A stretch of 64,000 bases of DNA from Bacteroidales bacterium (GTDB taxonomy: Bacteria; Bacteroidota; Bacteroidia; Bacteroidales; VadinHA17). The notes beneath the pieces were generated by a model. The model made no database searches. It worked only from the letters and a program-made list of their open reading frames with translations, and was not told the origin of the DNA. The first letter of the stretch is position 1. Each line of letters begins with the position of its first letter. The stretch is from positions 3,870 to 67,869 of the forward strand of contig DATKXL010000133.1 of NCBI GenBank assembly GCA_035529055.1. The letters run 5' to 3'. Below, piece by piece: positions 49,232 to 58,962 of the stretch. The position numbers were made by a program, and so were the translations under genes.

Positions 49232-52123
49232 TTATCTCATGCATAAATCCCTGTAAACACAGTAGTTACACTTCCTCTGGTCTTGAGTCATTATAAATGG
49301 TTCATCACTGCTGAATATCTTTGTAATGGTATCTGAAAGAGAAAGGATGAATTTCTCCCTTACTGCTCCGTAATCCTCAACTATCTCATCATTCTTATCG
49401 GCTTTTATCCTGAGCCGGTCCGAAAAATCTTTTCCCGCTGACTCTTTAACCTTATAGATCGATGGTCGTACAACAGCCCCAGGATGTTTTATCATGTAGG
49501 CCTCGCAATACAATAATATCTGGAGCCATGCATCAAGATCCTTCTCACGGTCATCCTCAAAGAGACTCCCGATTGAATCTATTTTTTCCGCGACGTTGCC
49601 TGTTTTATAATCAACTATCCTGATCACACCGCCTATCCTGTCAACCCGGTCAATATCCCCTCCTATCACAATCTCAGTCCGGGGCTGAATATCAACCAGC
49701 GTATGACCGAAACTGAAAGATTTCTCTATTTCAAGCAAAACAAACGGAGCTGCTGACTTATCGGTTCTTAATATCTTATGAGTATAAGCTTTTAAGACAT
49801 CCTTAATGATCAGTTCTTTGCCACTTAACAGATTATCTTTCCCAAAATTGAAAACATCACTTAAAGCTTTGTCAATGAGGTGGTCCAAAAGGTTCCCATC
49901 CGTAATCATCGCATCGATCATCTCAGCTGACAATTCGCTGCCGGCAAAACCTCTGTAAAGATTCTTCATTATCCCATGCAGCATGCTTCCAAGCATAGCG
50001 GGATCAATATCCGGAGTAACCTTTTCAGCCTCTTTCAGCCTGTTCACATAACGATAATAGAACCTCATTCTGCAGTTCAGCCAGATATTGATCGCGGTTG
50101 GAGATAAAAGCCTGAAACTGTTCCTGTCTCCATAAAACGAGGTTAACCAGCGTGAATGTTCTTCTCTCCTTTCGATTTTATCCTTAAGGGTGTTTTGTGT
50201 GGCTATCAGGAATCCCAGACTCACAAAATCAGGCTTTAAGACCGGATCATATTTCATCTGGAATAAAAATCTGCTCATCTCTCCGCTTCTCAGTCCTTCA
50301 GAGTTTGAATTATATATAAATGTTACATTCTCAGCTCTCTGCAAAAGCCTGTAAAAATGATACGCATAGACTGATTCCTGGTGATTAATATCAGGCAGAC
50401 CAAATGAGATCCTCAGATTATAGGGGATGAACGAGGAGCCTGCCGGTATTGCCGGGATGATGCCCTCATTTACTGAAAGCATTATAAGGTTTTTAAAATC
50501 GAGCGCACGTGTTTCAAGGATCCCCATGATCTGAATCCCTGATAATGGTTCACCTGAAAATGGTACAGACTGATTTCTCAGGATCCTCTCAAGAATTTTC
50601 ATATAGGTTTCAGTGGTAAAACTGATATCAGGATCTCCGGTTAATGCATCGAGTCGGTTTATTGAAAGCAATACTCTGTAAATGAACTCATTCACGACAC
50701 TTACCGAAACATCCGGTTCCGAAGATCCATGGGAATGCTTACCCGCGATTAATGCTGTCTGCGTTAGAATATTCCTCAGGTATTCAGAGAGAGAGGCAGG
50801 TGTTGACATCACCCTGAAGATTGAAGCGAGAGGTTCAGATTGGGCAAAAAAATCTGACTGAACCATGACCAGGTTGGACTGTACTATTTCTGTCACCAGT
50901 TTATTATCCGCATCATTCATCAAAGACCCGATCAACCCATCCTTAAGGATGCTCATCACATCGCGATAGTCGAAATAAACAGTGTTTTGGCCCTTTCTGG
51001 CGTTTCTCTGGAGAAGCAGAAGGTTCCTGACAAGAGTAAAAACCGGCGTCTGGTTAAGAGGATAGCCCATTGTAATATTGACGTCACCAATATTTTGTGG
51101 AAGGCTTGTCAGTGACGGCATCAGGAGCTTTTCGTCTGCCAGCACCACTGCAGTGTGATGAGCGTTCTGAGGTGAAAGGTCAGAGATACCTTCTATTAAA
51201 GGGGAAATAAGTTTGACCTGTGCAACATCCGATGATGTGCTGATGACTTTGCGACCGGCCCTTTTACCATGTGATGAGAGCATCGTATCATGGCTCCAGT
51301 CAGCCGGCATATCATCACCAAAGCTTTTAAGGTTCTCACTCATAAAAAAGCCTGCCGAGTTTAACCTGCCCGAAGAAATGAATGAGATATCATAATCCCA
51401 GTAGAACCTGGCATTACCTTCGCTCTTAAACCAGGCCATAACTCTTTTTTCGCAGTTGTTTAAAGCATTAAATCCGATGAAGTGTATCATATCCCACTTC
51501 ATTTCAATCTGTCTGCCGGAATCTGTACTCTCCGCCAGGTCTCTGAAAATCATCCCTTCATAAGCCAGATTTTTTTCCCGGAGGTGGCCCCTGAACTCTG
51601 TATAAAGGTCAAAGAGAATTGCCCAGATCTTTAAAAAGCCCTCTTTTTCCCTGGTAGGTTTATCGGGGTTGAAGTTGGTCCAGAACCTTCTTACTATTTC
51701 GATCTGTTCTTCTGTGAGCCCGCCAAACTGCTGCTCAATATTCCTGATATCTTTCACATTACGGAACAGTAGAGAGGCATCTGCAAGATATTTATCAACA
51801 TCGTCAAAGTCATTAATCAGGACATCGCCCCAGAAATAAAACTCATCAAAATTTTCACCGGTTTTGGATACCCGTCGATAGACCTTATAAAGCTCAAAAA
51901 GAAGGAGTTCATTTTCAGCTTTCTGGAGATCAGAACAGGAACTGAAAAGTTCATTAATGGTCATAATTGACGGTACCCATACAGGCTTCTTTATCCTGCC
52001 GGCAAGGTATTTTATGAAATATAATCCGGCTCTCCTGCTTGGAAAAACCAGGCAGTGCCTGTTAAGGTTGTTCCCAAACTCATCCAGAAGCGTTTTTGAT
52101 ATTCTTTCCAGGAAATATTCCAT
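49232..52123 (-). CDS. PD-(D/E)XK nuclease family protein, AddB-like subunit
   Basis: 963 aa. The C-terminal nuclease core is GGDIDRVD...IVDYKTG with Cys residues at ...CRMRFYY... and CNYCVYRDLC (AddB/Cas4-type Fe-S ligand pattern). Confidence 0.7.
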   Translation of the reverse strand: MEYFLERISKTLLDEFGNNLNRHCLVFPSRRAGLYFIKYLAGRIKKPVWVPSIMTINELFSSCSDLQKAENELLLFELYKVYRRVSKTGENFDEFYFWGDVLINDFDDVDKYLADASLLFRNVKDIRNIEQQFGGLTEEQIEIVRRFWTNFNPDKPTREKEGFLKIWAILFDLYTEFRGHLREKNLAYEGMIFRDLAESTDSGRQIEMKWDMIHFIGFNALNNCEKRVMAWFKSEGNARFYWDYDISFISSGRLNSAGFFMSENLKSFGDDMPADWSHDTMLSSHGKRAGRKVISTSSDVAQVKLISPLIEGISDLSPQNAHHTAVVLADEKLLMPSLTSLPQNIGDVNITMGYPLNQTPVFTLVRNLLLLQRNARKGQNTVYFDYRDVMSILKDGLIGSLMNDADNKLVTEIVQSNLVMVQSDFFAQSEPLASIFRVMSTPASLSEYLRNILTQTALIAGKHSHGSSEPDVSVSVVNEFIYRVLLSINRLDALTGDPDISFTTETYMKILERILRNQSVPFSGEPLSGIQIMGILETRALDFKNLIMLSVNEGIIPAIPAGSSFIPYNLRISFGLPDINHQESVYAYHFYRLLQRAENVTFIYNSNSEGLRSGEMSRFLFQMKYDPVLKPDFVSLGFLIATQNTLKDKIERREEHSRWLTSFYGDRNSFRLLSPTAINIWLNCRMRFYYRYVNRLKEAEKVTPDIDPAMLGSMLHGIMKNLYRGFAGSELSAEMIDAMITDGNLLDHLIDKALSDVFNFGKDNLLSGKELIIKDVLKAYTHKILRTDKSAAPFVLLEIEKSFSFGHTLVDIQPRTEIVIGGDIDRVDRIGGVIRIVDYKTGNVAEKIDSIGSLFEDDREKDLDAWLQILLYCEAYMIKHPGAVVRPSIYKVKESAGKDFSDRLRIKADKNDEIVEDYGAVREKFILSLSDTITKIFSSDEPFIMTQDQRKCNYCVYRDLCMR

Positions 52124-52138
52124 ATAATTGATAATGTA

Positions 52139-53149
52139 TCAGGTGGATGGCATTGATTGAAATACATTCAGATCATGGTTTGTATCCGGATATAACCTTC
52201 CCTGCCATGTATCAAGCTCTTCAAGACGTTTCTCTATAAGGCCTGCGATCTGGTCGGTGCGCTTTTTACCCCACATCTCTCCGGTCAGAAAACGCGGGGG
52301 AGCTTCACCAGTGAATCTTTCAACAACAATATCAGGATTAAGCCTTTCGAGAAAGCTTATGAAGAATCCGAGATATTCATCCCAGGAGAAGAGCCGGAAA
52401 TCTTCAGGATTTTTACGGTATTCCTCCTCTATACGGGTACCTTTTATTATCTGAAGCTGGTGGAATTTAACAGTTTTAAGCGGCAGTCCTGATATTATTG
52501 CTGCTTCATTTAACATCTCCGCTCTTGTTTCACCCGGCAGACCAAATATAAAATGAGCACCTGTATTAATTCCAAGTGCAGCAGTTGCCTTAAGAGCTTC
52601 AGATGCATCCTCGAAAGTATGTCCCCTGTTGATTCTTTTTAGTGTTTTATTGTAACACGATTCTATGCCATATTCAACTGCCACGTAATAAGATCCCGAC
52701 AATTCTTTCAGATAAATAAGTTTCTCATTGTCAATGCAATCGGGCCTTGTTCCGATTATTATGCCTATCACACCGGGAAAGCTTAAAGCCTCATTATAAT
52801 ATTTTTCAAGGAGGGATAAAGGAGCATATGTATTTGAATATGCCTGGAAATAAGCAAGATATGAAACAGCCTCTTTGTACCTCCTCTTCATGAATGTTAT
52901 ACCTTCCCCTAACTGTTGTGTAATTGACTTTTCAGGATTGCAGTAGGATGGATTGAAGGCTTTGTTATCGCAGTAGATGCAGCCTCCCGTACCTTTTGTT
53001 CCGTCACGGTTAGGACATGTAAAACCGGCATCAATAGATACCTTCTGGACTCTGGCGCCATAGATCTTTCTGAAATAATCAGAATAAGCATTAAACCTTC
53101 GTTCATGCCCCCATCGATAGACCGTTTTTTTGCCGAATGATACTGACAT
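52139..53149 (-). CDS. TIGR01212-family radical SAM protein (YhcC-like)
   Basis: 336 aa with FTCPNRDGTKGTGGCIYCDN (the family-typical cluster motif). The ATG follows the upstream stop directly (TAAATG at 53152..53147). Confidence 0.8.
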   Translation of the reverse strand: MSVSFGKKTVYRWGHERRFNAYSDYFRKIYGARVQKVSIDAGFTCPNRDGTKGTGGCIYCDNKAFNPSYCNPEKSITQQLGEGITFMKRRYKEAVSYLAYFQAYSNTYAPLSLLEKYYNEALSFPGVIGIIIGTRPDCIDNEKLIYLKELSGSYYVAVEYGIESCYNKTLKRINRGHTFEDASEALKATAALGINTGAHFIFGLPGETRAEMLNEAAIISGLPLKTVKFHQLQIIKGTRIEEEYRKNPEDFRLFSWDEYLGFFISFLERLNPDIVVERFTGEAPPRFLTGEMWGKKRTDQIAGLIEKRLEELDTWQGRLYPDTNHDLNVFQSMPST

Positions 53150-56100
53150 TTAAACAGATATAATTTTATTGCCATCCACATACCAGATAAAGGCCTCGAT
53201 GTTGATAAAGCCCATTTCATTCATCAGCCGGCGATACTGGTCAACTTGTGTTAAATGACGGGAATTTTCCTCTCCGAACTTGAAATCAACTATAATAACC
53301 TTATCATCTTTAATGATGACCCTGTCAGGTCTGCGGGTATGCCCCGATGACATGAGTATTCCGGCTTCAGTCATAACATTAATTCCCGGCCGGAACCACC
53401 CGGCAACCTGAGGGGTCTTCAGAAGGGAGGTTATTTTCCCTTCAAGGGCAGCAGCTTCATTCCGGGGCAAACGACCATCGAGAACCATTTTAATGATTGA
53501 TGCGTTAATATCATCCTCTGTTTTTATTCCTTCAAAAACATCATGCATCAGTTTCCCGTAATTTATTTTCTCTCTTTTTGAAGTGTCTGAAAATGGGAAA
53601 TAGTTCTCCCCGTGCAGCTTAAGCCTGAGCGAATCCATTCTGGTACTGACAAAATAATCGGAAGAGATAATATTCTTCCCTTCAGTTTCTTTTGCTTCAT
53701 TGTCAGGGATCCCCCCGGATTCAAACAGCCCTGCTTCTTTATTGAAGAGTTCTTTCAGGCTGATACCCCGTGATCCCGGGGCGGGAATATCTGATTCAAG
53801 AGCATTTCTGATGACTGAGGAGATAGAATTCCTGTTCCGTTGCTTAGCCGGTACAAATCCATAGATCACGTCCCTTGCTCTTGTCATGGCAACATAGAGA
53901 AGGTTGATGTTGTCGAGAAACGAGCAAGCTTTTTCTATCTTATACTGATCCTCAAAGATAGTATCGACCAGATCCTTCTTATATTTCACAGGTACTATTC
54001 CGAGTTTATTGAAAGGAGGTGTACCGGGTCGAACCCATAATACGGGCTGATTTAAGGATTTATGATCAAGGCTCCAGGAAAGAAAAGGAAGGATTACGGC
54101 TTTAAACTCCAGCCCTTTCGATTTATGGATAGTCAGGACCCTGATAGCATTCTGCTGTTCGGGAAGAACAACGGATTTCTTTATTCCCTCCGTCTTCCAC
54201 CATTCAAGAAAGGATTGCAGACCTGCGTTTATATTGTATGAAAAGCTCAGGACCAGATCCTGAAAAGTGTTCAGATAAGCTACGTTAGGTGAATGCTGAC
54301 CAAGCCCGAAAAAACTAATAATGCCTTCAGTTATTTCAAACAGAGACAAATGCCGGATATTTTCAAGAAATTTTTCATATCCACCAGGGAAGTAACTTGC
54401 TGATCTTTCGATGAGTGTGTCCCTTTCAAGTGGAATTGTCTCAGGTTCTTCATTGCCTGTTGAAAGAAGGTAAAACCGTAGCATGACTGCCCTGCTTATC
54501 ATGTCTTCGGGATTGTCCAGGACAGATATCACAGCAATAATAAAATTTATAACAAATGAGTTAGACAGTAGTAGCGAATCGTTTGAAACGACATTGTAGT
54601 TGTAGACTCCCTTTTTCTCATCTCCGCACCTGTTTGCATAATCAACCATCGTCATCAGGACTTTTGCCCCCTCTTTGTTGTCTCTCACTATCACGCCAAT
54701 GTCGGAAGCCTTATATCCTTTATCCTGAAGTGATTCAACGATTGCCGGAAACCGCTGAAGCACAATCTCGTTCCATTTTTGCTCAGTACCATCTTCAATA
54801 AATTCGATTCTGACATAACCTCCGGTGTTATTCCCCGGATCATCCTGCAACGCTTCGGAAAAGATTTCACTTAGAGCCAGGGAAATATTCTCCTTTGCCA
54901 ATTCATTATCAAGCTGGCCGGGTATGAGTGAGAAAAGGGTGTTGTTGAATCTTATAATATTCGGGCGGCTTCTGAAGTTGGTAGTAAGCGGATTACTGAA
55001 AATCCGTTTGTTGTCCACCTGTTTCAGCAGATTAATAAGGATGCTCCAGTCGCTGTTCCTCCACCTGTAAATTGACTGCTTAACATCGCCAACAACAAGA
55101 TTATCATTTCCTTCGGCCATACTGTTGTCAATCAGGGTCCTGAAATTCTCCCACTGTATCAGCGAGGTATCCTGAAACTCATCAATCATAAAATTTTCAT
55201 ACCTGTTGCCTGTCTTTTCATAAATAAAAGGTGTCTGGTCGCTGCCGGTTATAAGACGCAACACCTCGCCGGCATCAGAAAGCAGAAAAGTGTTTTCGTC
55301 CGTTGTGATCTGATGAACTTTATTAAGGACATCTGAAAGAATGCCCAGAGAGTAAATATTTGAAAGTATCGTAATTGCGCTTTTATAGTATTTTTTGTTA
55401 CTGTCATAACAATCAATAGCCTCCTTAACGATTTTATCCAGGCCTCCCTTTATAGCTGAATTGAGCCGGGGTGCTATCGATCCGGTGCACCATTTAGGTG
55501 GATTGTCATAAATTTTACGTGAATATGAATTCGGCCCCCCCATATCACCTGTTGCAAGAGCTCTGATAAAAGATGGAACTCCTTTCCCTTTTTGATAAAA
55601 CATCTCATCAGTCAAGCCATATTCCGAGAATATTTCAAGACATTTTACCCCGAATGAGATCATTCTGTTCTCAAATGAAGATGACATTGTTCTCAACTCA
55701 TCAATATAAGATGCGAGATATTCTTTATCAGCCAGGACTTTTCTTTCATCAGAAGAGAGCATTTTGAATTTTTCTTTGAATAATTCTCCCGCGAGTTTCA
55801 GGATCTCTTCCTTCAGATTCCATCCTTTTTCGTCTTCAATATTCGACGAGGTAAATCTTGTCAGCCATTTCAGCAACAGCTTGTCATCTGCTGCTGATGC
55901 TATCATTTCATCAACGGCTGCTGAAAGGATAGTAGTGTGGTCAATTTCAATATTGAATCCTGAATGCAGTCCTGCCTCTTTGGCAAATGCCCTGAGTATC
56001 TTCTGAAAGAAACTGTCGATAGTGCTCACTGAAAAACGGGAGAAGTCGTGCAAAAGAGTAAGAAGTATCTCCTTAGCCTCTTTTCTGATCCATTCTTCTG

Positions 56101-56344
56101 ATTTGCCTGTATTTTCGACTAAATCTTTCAAATATTCGGAAGCCTCCCCCTGCGAAAGGGTGTAAAGTTGTTCCAGGATCCTGCTTTTCATTTCTGCTGT
56201 GGCTTTATTTGTGAAGGTCACTGCAAGAATTTTCCTGTAATTGTATCTCGATTTGAAAACATTGGCCAGGTAGATTCCGGTAAGGTTAAATGTCTTCCCT
56301 GACCCTGCAGAAGCGCTGTATATAGTTAAGGTTCCGACTCCCAT
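53150..56344 (-). CDS. UvrD/PcrA-type helicase with C-terminal PD-(D/E)XK nuclease, AddA-like subunit
   Basis: 1064 aa with SAGSGKTF (Walker A), MIDEFQDTS, VGDVKQSIYRWR, TIHKSKGLEF and LLYVAMTRA. C-terminal nuclease: RPDRVIIKDDKVIIVDFKFG. Confidence 0.75.
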   Translation of the reverse strand: MGVGTLTIYSASAGSGKTFNLTGIYLANVFKSRYNYRKILAVTFTNKATAEMKSRILEQLYTLSQGEASEYLKDLVENTGKSEEWIRKEAKEILLTLLHDFSRFSVSTIDSFFQKILRAFAKEAGLHSGFNIEIDHTTILSAAVDEMIASAADDKLLLKWLTRFTSSNIEDEKGWNLKEEILKLAGELFKEKFKMLSSDERKVLADKEYLASYIDELRTMSSSFENRMISFGVKCLEIFSEYGLTDEMFYQKGKGVPSFIRALATGDMGGPNSYSRKIYDNPPKWCTGSIAPRLNSAIKGGLDKIVKEAIDCYDSNKKYYKSAITILSNIYSLGILSDVLNKVHQITTDENTFLLSDAGEVLRLITGSDQTPFIYEKTGNRYENFMIDEFQDTSLIQWENFRTLIDNSMAEGNDNLVVGDVKQSIYRWRNSDWSILINLLKQVDNKRIFSNPLTTNFRSRPNIIRFNNTLFSLIPGQLDNELAKENISLALSEIFSEALQDDPGNNTGGYVRIEFIEDGTEQKWNEIVLQRFPAIVESLQDKGYKASDIGVIVRDNKEGAKVLMTMVDYANRCGDEKKGVYNYNVVSNDSLLLSNSFVINFIIAVISVLDNPEDMISRAVMLRFYLLSTGNEEPETIPLERDTLIERSASYFPGGYEKFLENIRHLSLFEITEGIISFFGLGQHSPNVAYLNTFQDLVLSFSYNINAGLQSFLEWWKTEGIKKSVVLPEQQNAIRVLTIHKSKGLEFKAVILPFLSWSLDHKSLNQPVLWVRPGTPPFNKLGIVPVKYKKDLVDTIFEDQYKIEKACSFLDNINLLYVAMTRARDVIYGFVPAKQRNRNSISSVIRNALESDIPAPGSRGISLKELFNKEAGLFESGGIPDNEAKETEGKNIISSDYFVSTRMDSLRLKLHGENYFPFSDTSKREKINYGKLMHDVFEGIKTEDDINASIIKMVLDGRLPRNEAAALEGKITSLLKTPQVAGWFRPGINVMTEAGILMSSGHTRRPDRVIIKDDKVIIVDFKFGEENSRHLTQVDQYRRLMNEMGFINIEAFIWYVDGNKIISV

Positions 56345-56374
56345 GATTGGTTAAAGTTATCAATTTTGAGCTAC

Positions 56375-56396
56375 TGTAACTTACGGTACAGTTACA
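56375..56396. promoter_or_regulatory. 7-bp inverted repeat TGTAACT-N8-AGTTACA upstream of the addA-like operon
   Basis: tgtaact (56375..56381), spacer tacggtac, agttaca (56390..56396). It lies 31-52 nt upstream of ATG 56344. Confidence 0.35.
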
Positions 56397-56413
56397 AACT
56401 TATCAACATAACA

Positions 56414-56450
56414 GGTATGAGGTGTGAGGTGTGAGGTATGGGGCTTGGGG
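56414..56450 (+). repeat. Tandem heptamers GGTATGA GGTGTGA GGTGTGA GGTATGG GGCTTGG GG
   Basis: Read directly, in the divergent addA-like/mnmA spacer. The array ends 11 nt before the mnmA -7 box. Confidence 0.9.
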
Positions 56451-56460
56451 AAGAATTTGT

Positions 56461-56468
56461 TAACTTTG
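56461..56468 (+). promoter_or_regulatory. -7 box (TAacTTTG) for mnmA
   Basis: taactttg, 5 nt upstream of GTG 56473. Confidence 0.4.
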
Positions 56469-56472
56469 CGGC

Positions 56473-57672
56473 GTGAAAAAGAGAGTTGTAATAGGTTTAT
56501 CGGGCGGTGTTGATTCAAGTGTTGCCGCCTGGGTTCTGAAAGAGCAGGGTTATGAGGTGACCGGCTTGTTCATGAGGAACTGGCATGACACCACCGGACT
56601 GCTTCAGAGTGATTGTCACTGGGAGGATGATCTTATGTTTGCAGAGCTGGTAGCAAAAAAGCTTCAGATACCCTTTCATATGGTTGACCTTAGTGTGCAA
56701 TATAAGCAAAGGGTAATCGACTATATGTTTTCGGAGTATGAAAAAGGGCGCACTCCAAATCCTGATATACTCTGCAACAGGGAGATAAAGTTTGATTCTT
56801 TTGCCGATGAAGCCAGAAGGCTCGGAGCTGACTTTGTTGCAACGGGACATTATTGCAGAAAGGAAATCTCACAGTCGGGAGACAAGAGAGTTTTCAGGCT
56901 TCTTGCAGGAAAAGACAATAACAAGGACCAGAGCTATTTCTTATGTCAGATAAGCCAGGAACAGTTGGCATTTTCTTTGTTTCCGATAGGAGAAATGACC
57001 AAGCCTGAAGTGCGCCTGGCAGCTGAAAAACTTGATCTTCCGACAGCCCGGAGAAAAGATTCACAGGGAATATGTTTTGTCGGCAGGGTCCATCTGCCTA
57101 CCTTCCTTCAGCAGAAGTTAGCATCAAAGAAAGGGCAGATTATTGAGATACCGGTATCAAATGATTACAGGTTATGGCAACCCGGTTATTCGGATGAAAA
57201 CATAACAGATGATGAACTGAGGATTGCTTCGGATCCCCATCATTATGAACCCTCATCAGGCAGGATCATCGGAACCCATAACGGGGCTCATTTCTTTACA
57301 ATAGGACAAAGAAAGGGAATGAATATCGGGGGGTACAAAGAACCTCTTTTTGTTCTCGGCACAGATGTTGAAAAAAACATCATTTATGCCGGTGAGGGCC
57401 AGTCGCATCCCGGACTTTACAGGAAAGGACTGATGATCAGGAATTCTGAAATTCACTGGATCCGGCCGGACCTGGAAATGTCAGATGGTGAATCTCGTGA
57501 GAATATGGTAAGGATAAGGTATCGTCAGCCACTGCAGAAAGCAAAACTATACAGAAGACATGATGGCATATATGTCATCTTCAATAGATTACAGAGAGGT
57601 ATCACCCCGGGGCAGTTTGCTGCCTGGTATGACGGGGAGGAGCTGACAGGGTCGGGTGTGATTGACAGGTAG
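56473..57672 (+). CDS. mnmA: tRNA 2-thiouridine(34) synthase
   Basis: GLSGGVDSSV (PP-loop), NPDILCNREIKF and ATGHY. GTG start 5 nt after the TAacTTTG box. Confidence 0.92.
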   Translation: MKKRVVIGLSGGVDSSVAAWVLKEQGYEVTGLFMRNWHDTTGLLQSDCHWEDDLMFAELVAKKLQIPFHMVDLSVQYKQRVIDYMFSEYEKGRTPNPDILCNREIKFDSFADEARRLGADFVATGHYCRKEISQSGDKRVFRLLAGKDNNKDQSYFLCQISQEQLAFSLFPIGEMTKPEVRLAAEKLDLPTARRKDSQGICFVGRVHLPTFLQQKLASKKGQIIEIPVSNDYRLWQPGYSDENITDDELRIASDPHHYEPSSGRIIGTHNGAHFFTIGQRKGMNIGGYKEPLFVLGTDVEKNIIYAGEGQSHPGLYRKGLMIRNSEIHWIRPDLEMSDGESRENMVRIRYRQPLQKAKLYRRHDGIYVIFNRLQRGITPGQFAAWYDGEELTGSGVIDR

Positions 57673-57707
57673 GCGGCGGGCTGTGGGTGGCAGGATGTAG
57701 AGATGTG
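57673..57707 (+). repeat. Degenerate G-rich heptads GCGGCGG GCTGTGG GTGGCAG GATGTAG AGATGTG
   Basis: They start immediately after the mnmA stop (57670..57672). Periodicity is weaker than at the other loci. Confidence 0.5.
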
Positions 57708-57725
57708 CAAATTGCGCGTCTCTAC
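57697..57725. terminator. Hairpin between the convergent genes mnmA and nspC
   Basis: gtagaga (57697..57703) pairs with tctctac (57719..57725). The loop contains the nested palindrome gcaaattgc. The hairpin overlaps the nspC stop codon. Confidence 0.45.
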
Positions 57726-58861
57726 GATAATCGATTTTTATAATCCCCGTAACCGAATTTTCTGATCAACCGGAATTTGCCATCCAACGTCCATATCCCG
57801 ATCGAGGGATGCTGAACCCCGTTAAAAGTTGTGGTTTTGACCATAGTGTAGTGGATCATATCCAGGAAGATTATTCTGTCCCCGGTTTTAAGTTCACTGT
57901 AAAATGCCCACTCCCCCATTACATCCCCCGAAAGGCAGGAGTTGCCTCCTATCCTGTAAGTTGGTTTTCCTGGCAGCGGGTCAGTTGCACCTTCAATTAC
58001 CGGCTTATAAGGCATTTCAAGGCAGTCAGGCATGTGCGCTGTAAAAGAGACATCCAGGATTGCTGTTTTTATTCCCTGATTTTCCACTATATCTTCTACA
58101 GTTGCTGCAAGCTCTCCTGCTTCCCATGCAAAAGCGCTTCCTGGTTCAAGTATGATATGAAGTCCGTGCTTTTCTTTAAAACGCCTCAGGATTTTAACAA
58201 GGTGATCAGTGTCATAACCTGCTTTTGTTATAAGATGACCGCCACCCATATTGATCCATTTAAGCCGGGACAAATATTTTCCGAATTTCACTTCAATAAC
58301 CTGGAGTACTTTTTCGAGGGCAAAGGAATCTGATTCGAAAAGAACGTGAAAATGAAATCCCTCAACTCCTTCCGGTAATCCATCCTTCAGATCATCTGCT
58401 GTAATTCCGAGTCTTGACCCTGGTGAGCAGGGATTATATAAGCCGTGGCTGATTTCAGAAAACTCCGGATTTATTCTTAAACCAGGTGATATTTTTTTCG
58501 AATATTTTAGCAATAAAGTCGAATATTCTTGATATTGGGCAAGAGAGTTAAAAGTGACATGGGAGCTGAAATTCAGGATTGAATCGAACTCATCATGTTT
58601 GTAAACAGGAGAGTAAGTGTGAGCAGGAGAGCCTATTTCTTCATAGCAGAGACGTGCTTCATGCAATGAACTTGCTGCAGCGCCGGAAATATATTCCTTC
58701 AGAATCGGGAATACTCCCCACATGGCAAAACCTTTGAATGCCAGGATTATTTCAGCACCTGATTCTTGTGAGACCTGTTTGATTAAAGAAAGATTCTTTC
58801 GGAATCTACTCTCGTCTATCACATAACAAGGTGAAGGTATTTTAGTGTAATCTATTTGCAC
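57722..58861 (-). CDS. nspC: Carboxynorspermidine/carboxyspermidine decarboxylase
   Basis: 379 aa. IPSPCYVIDESRFRKN...AFKGFAMWG...NMGGGH shows a PLP-dependent fold-III decarboxylase pattern of the NspC type. GTG start. Confidence 0.8.
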   Translation of the reverse strand: MQIDYTKIPSPCYVIDESRFRKNLSLIKQVSQESGAEIILAFKGFAMWGVFPILKEYISGAAASSLHEARLCYEEIGSPAHTYSPVYKHDEFDSILNFSSHVTFNSLAQYQEYSTLLLKYSKKISPGLRINPEFSEISHGLYNPCSPGSRLGITADDLKDGLPEGVEGFHFHVLFESDSFALEKVLQVIEVKFGKYLSRLKWINMGGGHLITKAGYDTDHLVKILRRFKEKHGLHIILEPGSAFAWEAGELAATVEDIVENQGIKTAILDVSFTAHMPDCLEMPYKPVIEGATDPLPGKPTYRIGGNSCLSGDVMGEWAFYSELKTGDRIIFLDMIHYTMVKTTTFNGVQHPSIGIWTLDGKFRLIRKFGYGDYKNRLS

Positions 58862-58888
58862 CGTAATTATCTTATTAAATGTAGCTTA

Positions 58889-58962
58889 CCCACGCCTAGC
58901 CCCGCCCAGGAGGGGAATTTAATGCAATGATTCCTGAAGCCTGATGCCTGATGCCTGCAGCC
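58889..58962 (-). repeat. Two repeat blocks in the CANSDH-nspC spacer
   Basis: Plus strand: cctgaag cctgatg cctgatg cctgcag cc (58933..58962). The same block on the minus strand reads GGCTGCA GGCATCA GGCATCA GGCTTCA GG and follows the CANSDH stop. The C-rich tract 58889..58910 contains GGCGTGGG on the minus strand, the same 8-mer as at 46391. Confidence 0.85.

Noticed and set aside
48858-49244. 128-aa minus-strand and 100-aa plus-strand ORFs overlapping ribH
   Set aside because: The ribH frame is unambiguous, and the alternatives lack motifs and sensible starts.
49232-56344. Helicase plus PD-(D/E)XK nuclease pair as a phage-defence system
   Set aside because: The sizes, the UvrD motif set, the C-terminal nuclease on the helicase and the AddB-type Cys cluster fit housekeeping AddAB-like recombination enzymes. 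The flanking genes are core (ribH, mnmA), and there are no mobile-element or defence-island hallmarks.
57809-58333. 174-aa plus-strand ORF
   Set aside because: It is antisense to nspC, and its Cys/Phe-rich composition is not protein-like. It is a shadow ORF.
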